A DNA stretch of 64,000 bases from Nemertoderma westbladi. Lineage: Eukaryota; Animalia; Xenacoelomorpha. The DNA lies in NCBI GenBank assembly GCA_032718475.1, contig JAUCBJ010002880.1:7959-71958 (forward strand), written 5' to 3'. Shown piece after piece: positions 27,101 to 39,100 of the stretch. The notes below the pieces were generated by a model that saw nothing but the letters and a program-made list of their open reading frames with translations, did no database searches and was not told the DNA's origin. How positions within the stretch are numbered: the stretch's first letter is position 1; each line of letters starts with the position of its first letter. A program made the position numbers and the translations under genes.

Positions 27101-30100
27101 TAATTAAACCTTACTGAACTCTAATTAAACCTTACTGAATTCTAATTAAACCTTACTGAACTCTAATTAAACCTTACTGAACTCGGTAATTAAACCTTAC
27201 TGAACTCTAATTAAACCTTACTGAACTCTGATTAAACCTTACTGAACTCTAATTAAACCTTACTGAACTCTGATTAAACCTTACTGAACTCGGTAATTAA
27301 ACCTTACTGAACTCTAATTAAACCTTACTGAACTCTATAATTAAACCTTACTGAACTCTAATTAAACCTTACTGAACTCTAATTAAACCTTACTTAACTC
27401 TAATTAAACCTTACTGAACTCTAATTAAACCTTACTTAACTCTAATTAAACCTTACTGAACTCTAATAAAACCTTACTGAACTCTAATTAAACCTTACTG
27501 AACTCTATAATTAAACCTTAATGAACTCGGTAATTAAACCTTACTGAACTCTAATTAAACCTTACTTAACTCTAATTAAACCTTACTGAACTCTAATTAA
27601 ACCTTACTTAACTCTAATTAAACCTTACTGAACTCTAATAAAACCTTACTGAACTCTAATTAAACCTTACTGAACTCTATAATTAAACCTTAATGAACTC
27701 GGTAATTAAACCTTACTGAACTCTAATTAAACCTTACTTAACTCTAATTAAACCTTACTGAACTCTAATTAAACCTTACTTAACTCTAATTAAACCTTAC
27801 TGAACTCTAATTAAACCTTACTGAACTCGGTAATTAAACCTTACTGAACTCTAATTAAACCTTACTTAACTCTAATTAAACCTTACTTAACTCTAATTAA
27901 ACCTTACTGAACTCTAATAAAACCTTACTGAACTCTAATTAAACCTTACTGAACTCTATAATTAAACCTTAATGAACTCGGTAATTAAACCTTACTGAAC
28001 TCTAATTAAACCTTACTTTACTCTAATTAAACCTTACTGAACTCTAATAAAACCTTACTTAACTCTAATTAAACCTTACTGAACTCTAATTAAACCTTAC
28101 TGAACTCGGTAATTAAACCTTACTGAACTCTAATTAAACCTTACTGAACTCTAATTAAACCTTACTGAACTCTAATTAAACCTTACTGAATTCTAATTAA
28201 ACCTTACTGAACTCTAATTAAACCTTACTGAACTCGGTAATTAAACCTTACTGAACTCTAATTAAACCTTACTGAACTCTGATTAAACCTTACTGAACTC
28301 TAATTAAACCTTACTGAACTCTGATTAAACCTTACTGAACTCGGTAATTAAACCTTACTGAACTCTAATTAAACCTTACTGAACTCTATAATTAAACCTT
28401 ACTGAACTCTAATTAAACCTTACTGAACTCTAATTAAACCTTACTGAACTCTATAATTAAACCTTACTGAACTCTAATTAAACCTTACTGAACTCTAATT
28501 AAACCTTACTGAACTCTAATTAAACCTTACTGCTTACTGAACTCTTATTAAACCTTACTGAACTCTAATTAAACCTTACTGAACTCTATAATTAAACCTT
28601 ACTGAACTCGGTAATTAAACCTTACTGAACTCTAATTAAACCTTACTGAACTCTATAATTAAACCTTACTGAACTCTAATTAAACCTTACTGAACTCGGT
28701 AATTAAACCTTACTGAACTCTAATTAAACCTTACTGAACTCTATAATTAAACCTTACTGAACTCTAATTAAACCTTACTGAACTCTGATTAAACCTTACT
28801 GAACTCTAATTAAACCTTACTGAACTCTAATTAAACCTTACTTAACTCTAATTAAACCTTACTTAACTCTAATTAAACCTTACTGAACTCTAATTAAACC
28901 TTACTTAACTCTAATTAAACCTTACTTAACTCTAATTAAACCTTACTTAACTCTAATTAAACCTTACTGAACTCTAATTAAACCTTACTTAACTCTAATT
29001 AAACCTTACTGAACTCTAATAAAATCTTACTGAACTCTAATTAAACCTTACTGAACTCTATAATTAAACCTTAATGAACTCGGTAATTAAACCTTACTGA
29101 ACTCTAATTAAACCTTACTTAACTCTAATTAAACCTTACTGAACTCTAATTAAACCTTACTTAACTCTAATTAAACCTTACTGAACTCTAATTAAACCTT
29201 ACTGAACTCGGTAATTAAACCTTACTTAACTCTAATTAAACCTTACTGAACTCTAATTAAACCTTACTGAACTCTAATTAAACCTTACTGAACTCTAATT
29301 AAACCTTACTGAATTCTAATTAAACCTTACTGAACTCTAATTAAACCTTACTGAACTCGGTAATTAAACCTTACTGAACTCTAATTAAACCTTACTGAAC
29401 TCGGTAATTAAACCTTACTGAACTCTAATTAAACCTTACTGAACTCTATAATTAAACCTTACTGAACTCTAATTAAACCTTACTGAACTCGGTAATTAAA
29501 CCTTACTGAACTCTAATTAAACCTTACTGAACTCTATAATTAAACCTTACTGAACTCTAATTAAACCTTACTGAACTCTGATTAAACCTTACTGAACTCT
29601 AATTAAACCTTACTGAACTCTGATTAAACCTTACTGAACTCGGTAATTAAACCTTACTGAACTCTAATTAAACCTTACTGAACTCTATAATTAAACCTTA
29701 CTGAACTCTAATTAAACCTTACTGAACTCTAATTAAACCTTACTGAACTCTATAATTAAACCTTACTGAACTCTAATTAAACCTTACTGAACTCTAATTA
29801 AACCTTACTGAACTCTAATTAAACCTTACTGCTTACTGAACTCTTATTAAACCTTACTGAACTCTAATTAAACCTTACTGCTTACTGAACTCTTATTAAA
29901 CCTTACTGAACTCTAATTAAACCTTTCTGAACTCTGATTAAACCTTACTGAACTCTAATTAAACCTTACTGAACTCTGATTAAACCTTACTGAACTCGGT
30001 AATTAAACCTTACTGAACTCTAATTAAACCTTACTGAACTCTATAATTAAACCTTACTGAACTCTAATTAAACCTTACTGAACTCTAATTAAACCTTACT

Positions 30101-33100
30101 GAACTCTGATTAAACCTTACTGAACTCTAATTAAACCTTTCTGAACTCTGATTAAACCTTACTGAACTCTAATTAAACCTTACTGAACTCTGATTAAACC
30201 TTACTGAACTCGGTAATTAAACCTTACTGAACTCTAATTAAACCTTACTGAACTCTATAATTAAACCTTACTGAACTCTAATTAAACCTTACTGAACTCT
30301 AATTAAACCTTACTGAACTCTGATTAAACCTTACTGAACTCTAATTAAACCTTACTGAACTCTGATTAAACCTTACTGAACTCTAATTAAACCTTACTGA
30401 ACTCTAATTAAACCTTACTGAACTCTATAATTAAACCTTACTGAACTCTAATTAAACCTTACTGAACTCTATAATTAAACCTTACTGAACTCTAATTAAA
30501 CCTTACTGAACTCTAATTAAACCTTACTGAACTCTATAATTAAACCTTACTGAACTCTAATTAAACCTTACTGAACTCTAATTAAACCTTACTGAACTCT
30601 AATTAAACCTTACTGAACTCGGTAATTAAACCTTACTGAACTCGGTAATTAAACCTTACTGAACTCTAATTAAACCTTACTGAACTCTATAATTAAACCT
30701 TACTGAACTCTAATTAAACCTTACTGAACTCGGTAATTAAACCTTACTGAATTCTAATTAAACCTTACTGAACTCTAATTAAACCTTACTGAACTCGGTA
30801 ATTAAACCTTACTGAACTCTAATTAAACCTTACTGAACTCTATAATTAAACCTTACTGAACTCTAATTAAACCTTACTGAACTCTGATTAAACCTTACTG
30901 AACTCGGTAATTAAACCTTACTGAACTCTAATTAAACCTTACTGAACTCTATAATTAAACCTTACTGAACTCTAATTAAACCTTACTGAACTCGGTAATT
31001 AAACCTTACTGAACTCTAATTAAACCTTAGTGAACTCTTATTAAACCTTGCTGAACTCTAATTAAACCTTACTGAACTCTAATTAAACCTTACTGAACTC
31101 GGTAATTAAACCATACTGAACTCTAATTAAACCTTAATGAACTCTAATTAAACCTTACTGAACTCTATAATTAAACCTTACTGAACTCTAATTAAACCTT
31201 ACTGAACTCTAATTAAACCTTACTGAACTCGGTAATTAAACCTTACTGAACTCTAATTAAACCTTGCTGAACTCTAATTAAACCTTGCTGAACTCTAATT
31301 AAACCTTACTGAACTCTAATTAAACCTTACTGAACTCTAATTAAACCTTACTGAACTCTAATTAAACCTTACTGAACTCTAATTAAACCTTACTGAACTC
31401 GGTAATTAAACCTTACTGAACTCTAATTAAACCTTACTGAACTCTAATTAAACCTTACTGAACTCTAATTAAACCTTACTAAGCTCTAATTAAACCATAC
31501 TGAACTCTAATTAAACCTTACTGAACTCGGTAATTAAACCATACTGAACTCTAATTAAACCTTAATGAACTCTAATTAAACCTTACTGAACTCTATAATT
31601 AAACCTTACTGAACTCTAATTAAACCTTACTGAACTCTAATTAAACCTTACTGAACTCGGTAATTAAACCTTACTGAACTCTAATTAAACCTTACTGAAC
31701 TCTAATTAAACCTTGCTGAACTCTAATTAAACCTTACTAAGCTCTAATTAAACCATACTGAACTCTAATTAAACCTTACTGAACTCTGATTAAACCTTAC
31801 TGAACTCTAATTAAACCTTACTGAACTCTAATTAAACCTTACTGAACTCTATAATTAAACCTTACTGAACTCTAATTAAACCTTACTGAACTCTATAATT
31901 AAACCTTACTGAACTCTAATAAAACCTTACTGAACTCTAATTAAACCTTACTGAACTCTATAATTAAACCTTAATGAACTCGGTAATTAAACCTTACTGA
32001 ACTCTAATTAAACCTTACTGAACTCTAATTAAACCTTACTGAACTCTAATAAAACCTTACTGAACTCTAATTAAACCTTACTGAACTCTAATTAAACCTT
32101 ACTGAACTCTAATTAAACCTTACTGAACTCTAATTAAACCTTACTGAACTCTAATTAAACCTTACTGAATTCTAATTAAACCTTACTGAACTCTAATTAA
32201 ACCTTACTGAACTCGGTAATTAAACCTTACTGAACTCTAATTAAACCTTACTGAACTCGGTAATTAAACCTTACTGAACTCTAATTAAACCTTACTGAAC
32301 TCTATAATTAAACCTTACTGAACTCTAATTAAACCTTGCTGAACTCTAATTAAACCTTACTGAACTCTAATTAAACCTTACTGAACTCTAATTAAACCTT
32401 GCTGAACTCTAATTAAACCTTACTGAACTCTAATTAAACCTTACTGAACTCTAATTAAACCTTTCTGAACTCTAATTAAACCATACTGAACTCTAATTAA
32501 ACCTTACTGAACTCTAATTAAACCTTACTGAACTCTAATTAAACCTTACTGAAGTCTAATTAAACCTTGCTGAAGTCTAATTAAACCTTACTGAAGTCTA
32601 ATTAAACCTTACTGAACTCTAATTAAACCTTACTGAAGTCTAATTAAACCTTACTGAAGTCTAATTAAACCTTACTGAAGTCTAATTAAACCTTGCTGAA
32701 CTCTAATTAAACCTTACTGAAGTCTAATTAAACCTTACTGAGGTCTAATTAAACCTTACTGAAGTCTAATTAAACCTTACTGAAGTCTAATTAAACCTTG
32801 CTGAACTCTAATTAAACCTTACTGAAGTCTAATTAAACCTTACTGAACTCTAATTAAACCTTGCTGAACTCTAATTAAACCTTACTGAACTCTAATTAAA
32901 CCTTACTGAACTCTAATTAAACCTTACTGAACTCTAATTAAACCTTACTGAACTCTATAATTAAACCTTACTGAACTCTAATTAAACCTTACTGAACTCT
33001 GATTAAACCATACTGAACTCTAATTAAACCTTACTGAACTCTAATTAAACCTTACTGCTTACTGAACTCTAATTAAACCTTACTGAACTCTAATTAAACC

Positions 33101-36100
33101 TTACTGAACTCTAATTAAACCTTACTGAATTCTAATTAAACCTTGCTGAACTCTAATTAAACCTTACTGAACTCTAATCAAACCTTACTGAACTCTAATT
33201 AAACCTTACTGAACTCTAATTAAACCTTACTGAACTCAAATTAAACCTTACTGAACTCTAATTAAACCTTACTGAACTCGAACTCTAATTAAACCTTACT
33301 GAACTCTAATTAAACATTTCTAAACTCTATAACTAAACCTTACTGAACTCTAATTAAACCTTACTGAACTCTAATTAAACCTTACTGAACTCTAATTAAA
33401 TAAACCTTACTGAACTCTATAATTAAACCTTACTGAACTCTAATTAAACCTTGAACTCTAATTAAACCTTACTGAACTCTAATTAAACCTTGCTGAACTC
33501 TAATTAAACCTTACTGAACTCTAATTAAACCTTACTGAACTCTAATTAAACCTTTCTGAACTCTAATTAAACCATACTGAACTCTAATTAAACCTTACTG
33601 AACTCTATAATTAAACCTTACTGAACTCTAATTAAACCTTACTGAACTCTAATTAAACCTTACTGAACTCTATAATTAAACCTTACTGAACTCTAATTAA
33701 ACCTTGAACTCTAATTAAACCTTACTGAACTCTAATTAAACCTTGCTGAACTCTAATTAAACCTTACTGAACTCTAATTAAACCTTACTGAACTCTAATT
33801 AAACCTTGCTGAACTCTAATTAAACCTTACTGAACTCTAATTAAACCTTACTGAACTCTAATTAAACCTTTCTGAACTCTAATTAAACCTTTCTGAACTC
33901 TAATTAAACCATACTGAACTCTAATTAAACCTTACTGAACTCTAATTAAACCTTACTGAACTCTAATTAAACCTTACTGAAGTCTAATTAAACCTTGCTG
34001 AAGTCTAATTAAACCTTACTGAACTCTAATTAAACCTTACTGAACTCTAATTAAACCTTACTGAAGTCTAATTAAACCTTACTGAAGTCTAATTAAACCT
34101 TGCTGAACTCTAATTAAACCTTACTGAAGTCTAATTAAACCTTACTGAGGTCTAATTAAACCTTACTGAAGTCTAATTAAACCTTACTGAATTCTAATTA
34201 AACCTTGCTGAACTCTAATTAAACCTTACTGAAGTCTAATTAAACCTTACTGAACTCTAATTAAACCTTGCTGAACTCTAATTAAACCTTACTGAACTCT
34301 AATTAAACCTTACTGAACTCTAATTAAACCTTGCTGAACTCTAATTAAACCTTACTGAACTCTAATTAAACCTTACTGAACTCTAATTAAACCTTTCTGA
34401 ACTCTAATTAAACCATACTGAACTCTAATTAAACCTTACTGAACTCTAATTAAACCTTACTGAACTCTAATTAAACCTTACTGAACTCTAATTAAACCTT
34501 TCTGAACTCTAATTAAACCATACTGAACTCTAATTAAACCTTACTGAACTCTATAATTAAACCTTACTGAACTCTAATTAAACCTTACTGAACTCTAATT
34601 AAACCTTACTGAACTCTATAATTAAACCTTACTGAACTCTAATTAAACCTTGAACTCTAATTAAACCTTACTGAACTCTATAATTAAACCTTACTGAACT
34701 CTAATTAAACCTTGAACTCTAATTAAACCTTACTGAACTCTAATTAAACCTTACTGAACTCTAATTAAACCTTGCTGAACTCTAATTAAACCTTACTGAA
34801 CTCTAATTAAACCTTACTGAACTCTAATTAAACCTTACTGAACTCTAATTAAACCTTGCTGAACTCTAATTAAACCTTACTGAACTCTAATTAAACCTTA
34901 CTGAACTCTAATTAAACCTTTCTGAACTCTAATTAAACCATACTGAACTCTAATTAAACCTTACTGAACTCTAATTAAACCTTACTGAACTCTATAATTA
35001 AACCTTACTGAACTCTAATTAAACCTTACTGAACTCTAATTAAACCTTACTGAACTCTAATTAAACCTTTCTGAACTCTAATTAAACCATACTGAACTCT
35101 AATTAAACCTTACTGAACTCTATAATTAAACCTTACTGAACTCTAATTAAACCTTACTGAACTCTAATTAAACCTTACTGAACTCTATAATTAAACCTTA
35201 CTGAACTCTAATTAAACCTTGAACTCTAATTAAACCTTACTGAACTCTAATTAAACCTTGCTGAACTCTAATTAAACCTTACTGAACTCTAATTAAACCT
35301 TACTGAACTCTAATTAAACCTTGCTGAACTCTAATTAAACCTTACTGAACTCTAATTAAACCTTACTGAACTCTAATTAAACCTTTCTGAACTCTAATTA
35401 AACCATACTGAACTCTAATTAAACCATACTGAACTCTAATTAAACCTTACTGAACTCTAATTAAACCTTACTGAACTCTATAATTAAACCTTACTGAACT
35501 CTAATTAAACCTTACTGAACTCTAATTAAACCTTAATGAACTCTAATTAAACCTTACTGAACTCTATAATTAAACCTTACTGAACTCTAATTAAACCTTA
35601 CTGAACTCGGTAATTAAACCCCACTGAACTCTGTAACATTAAACGCACCGCAAATATTTTTTTAAGGCATCGCAGCGAAAGGTACGTAAAACAACGGAAC
35701 GCAAGGGCAGTGGCACTGGAGCCGTAGAACGTAAGAAACGCGTGTCGCAAAAACCCAACGTGAAGAAACTTGGCAGACCCCGAAAGAATGAAAAGGCAAT
35801 TTCTCAGGTAATATAGAGAGACGCGTGTTCTCGAATTCTAACTGGGTAATTCTATAATATTTCCGCCCAGTTCACGTGATGTGTTGAAAGAGCTCCGAAG
35901 TAGAGCACATATTCACATACTCAAACGTAATTGCAAATTTAGGGTCTGCGTGGCGTACTTCAAAACGAAACTCAATATCCAATATTGGTTTATGTTGTTA
36001 AGCGGCTCTCTAGTTACGTAATAAATATTCGAGAACACTAATTTATTTAATTTAATTTCGTACACCAAATATACAGATGGGTACACAAAGCACAATAGGA

Positions 36101-39100
36101 TAATAATACAAGCACTATTATAAAATAATATGATATGTCTAAGTACTGCAGATCTAAGAAGGTAATTAATTATGATGAGGATACACTATTTAAAATATTA
36201 CTCAATTCCTGGCGGGTAAAGCCATCTACAATACCTCCGTTGTTTAGGCACCAAATAATTTCCCTACAAAAATTAACTCGCCACTTATCTGCGTTCCGTA
36301 ACGGTACATAAGTAAGATTAGATACCGCACGAGATGTCAGCAATTCAAGATTAAATATGTTACACATGTTTCCTATTTCTCGTAAATTTCTCCCAGACCG
36401 GGTACGACAATCAACTAAACATATATTAGCAAGAAAACGAATGCACATTTTGTTAGACCTACGTAATGATAAACAAAATGAAACGAAGCGAGAGTAAAGC
36501 ATAATACACGGGTGTTTAAACTGCACTAGGTTTTCAACAATATATCGATGAGAATTAAATGGTAATCCAAAAATCATTCTAACATTTACATTCCAGGTGC
36601 TAAAAATTCTTATACATGTTGGCGAAAGAAGGTTCCACAGGTTACTACCGTAGAAACTAGTGCAATAACTACGTTGTACATTGCAAAGCACAAACGGGTC
36701 CGAAAAATATAGTTCCTGCCTTAAGGCATTCAATTTGCCTATAAACTGCCCTCGTTTACGCACGATATCAGATTCCATTGAGTTTTTAAAGTCAAGAAGG
36801 TTACCGAGATGCAGCGCCTCCTTAACCCATGGAAGAGGCGAACCGTTCAACTTAATTGTCGCTAAAGGCTTAACCCAGACCCGCCCGAAAGCTATACACT
36901 TTGACTTGGACTTGTCCGGATTCGGATTCGTGCTGAATATTAACTTGTTTTCCGATGCAAACTCTTCGCACAATTTAACCATATGCTGAAGGCCTACGAT
37001 GGACGTACATAGCAAAAATAGGTCATCGGCATAACCAACCGCCCCAAAATATACAGACCCCACGAAGCAACCTACTTTGGAATTTCTTAATTTCCTAAAC
37101 AGCTTATCAAGTAAGATACAGAATAAGATTGGCGAGGCAACAGACCCTTGGCGTACCCCATTGGACGATGTAAAAGACTCAGAATGCGTATTATTCCATC
37201 GCACTACACAAGATTGATTATTGTAGATAAATAACAGAGACCGGATGTAAAACGGAGAAAACCCCTTCTTTAAGAGCTCAAGGAACAGCTTGCACCATTC
37301 CACCATATCAAATGCTTTAGAAAGATCAAGCAAACAGCCAAACACTGGAGTTGCATTTCTGGAATAGAAACTAATTACCTCAGTTGCAGCCCAAGTACAC
37401 TGAGTGGTACTAGATCCCCGTTGAAACCCAAACTGTAACTCATCTAATTTTAAACAATCAGCCTGTGCGAGTAGCATCACCCATTCAAACAATTTAATCA
37501 GGAGAGACGACAAAGCGATGGCCCTATAATTACCGGATACTGTATCATCGCCCAACTTATCCTTGATCAATGGAATGATAACACAATTCAAAAGAAATTG
37601 CGGAACGAATCCGTGAGTCAAAAAGGAATTAAATAGATTACTGAGATGAAAACAAAGTTCAGGAGGACCATGGATTAGACAGTCAGAATCAAAGCCAAAA
37701 GTCACATCTGTTTTAGAACTTTTTAGTCTGTGGAGACCCTCAGCAACTAAATCCGGAGAAACCCGAGGAACATTATTTATTGTGTTCGAGAACATTATTT
37801 AACATTGAGTAAGGCAACATCGAGAGTTGAAGAGTACAATAATATGAATCGCAGTAACTATGGAAGCAATATAGTAAAATAATACAGTTCAATTTATTTT
37901 ATACCACTATAATATCGCTGTACGTTTTATTAAAGAATTGAGCAACAAAAAAGTACCAATTCTCTAATAATAAAATTACGTATTACATAGGGAAAAAAAC
38001 GTAGAACATTTTTTTTTCAATATTCTCTCGGCCCTTTATTAACCTCGCTTACGCTCGGTAAATAAAATGCCTCGAGAATAGTGAAAAAAAATTATACTTT
38101 ATCTCACATGTAATACATAATAATTTTGTCCTCCTTGTAGTCCGGAGTCCGCATTCCCTCGAAATAGTAAAAGCATTTATGCATTTTTTTTAAAAGCATT
38201 TATTAAAAAATATATTCTTTAACTATTCCTCGAAAATGTGGATTAAAAAGTCGGACAACAAATGTTACTTTCTATTTGTAAAAGAAACAGTTAATATTTT
38301 GGAGGAAATTAATAATATATTAGTATTATATTTTGGAAGATTGACTGGATAATTACTTAAGTGTCCGCACTTTTGCGGACAATAAAGTGAATATTTTAAT
38401 GAAAAATGTGATTAAAAATACAAATCTTAATAAACGAGCTACTTCTCGCGCGATAATCATGTTACTTGAATCGGGTCGACTGAATCCTGCCCATGCGCGG
38501 ATTTATTTTACTCTGATAATAGAAATCGGTTAAGAGTTCGGCCACGAATAGAAAACAGTCGAGGAAGGGCGACGAGCAAACCGAGGCGATATCGAGTGGC
38601 GAAGAATCCAGCGACGTTGAGATATCGGATAATAACGAGGGAGACACCGACTACGAGTCAGACCCCCAGACCTTATGGTGTACCTGTCAGCAGCCACACA
38701 GCAACAGGTTAGTGTGGTTGTGGCTGTCAGCAGCCACACAGTAACAGGTTAGTGTGGTTGTGGCTGTCAGCAGCCACACAGTAACAGGTTAGTGTGGTTG
38801 TGGCTGTCAGCAGCCACACAGTAACAGGTTAGTGTGGTTGTGGCTGTCAGCAGCCACACAGTAACAGGTTAGTGTGGTTGTGGCTGTCAGCAGCCACACA
38901 GTAACAGGTTAGTGTGGTTGTGGCTGTCAGCAGCCACACAGCAACAGGTTAGTGTGGTTGTGGCTGTCAGCAGCCACACAGTAACAGGTTAGTGTGGTTG
39001 TACCTGTCAGCAGCCACACAGCAACAGCTTAGTGTGGTTGTGGCTGTCAGCAGCCACACAGGAACAGGTTAGTGTGGTTGTGGCTGTCAGCAGCCACACA

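Noticed and set aside
35871-35926. Extra exon after exon 3 (SRDVLKELRSRAHIHILK)
   Set aside because: Its phase is incompatible with the flanking phase-0 exons, and exons 3 and 4 join cleanly without it.
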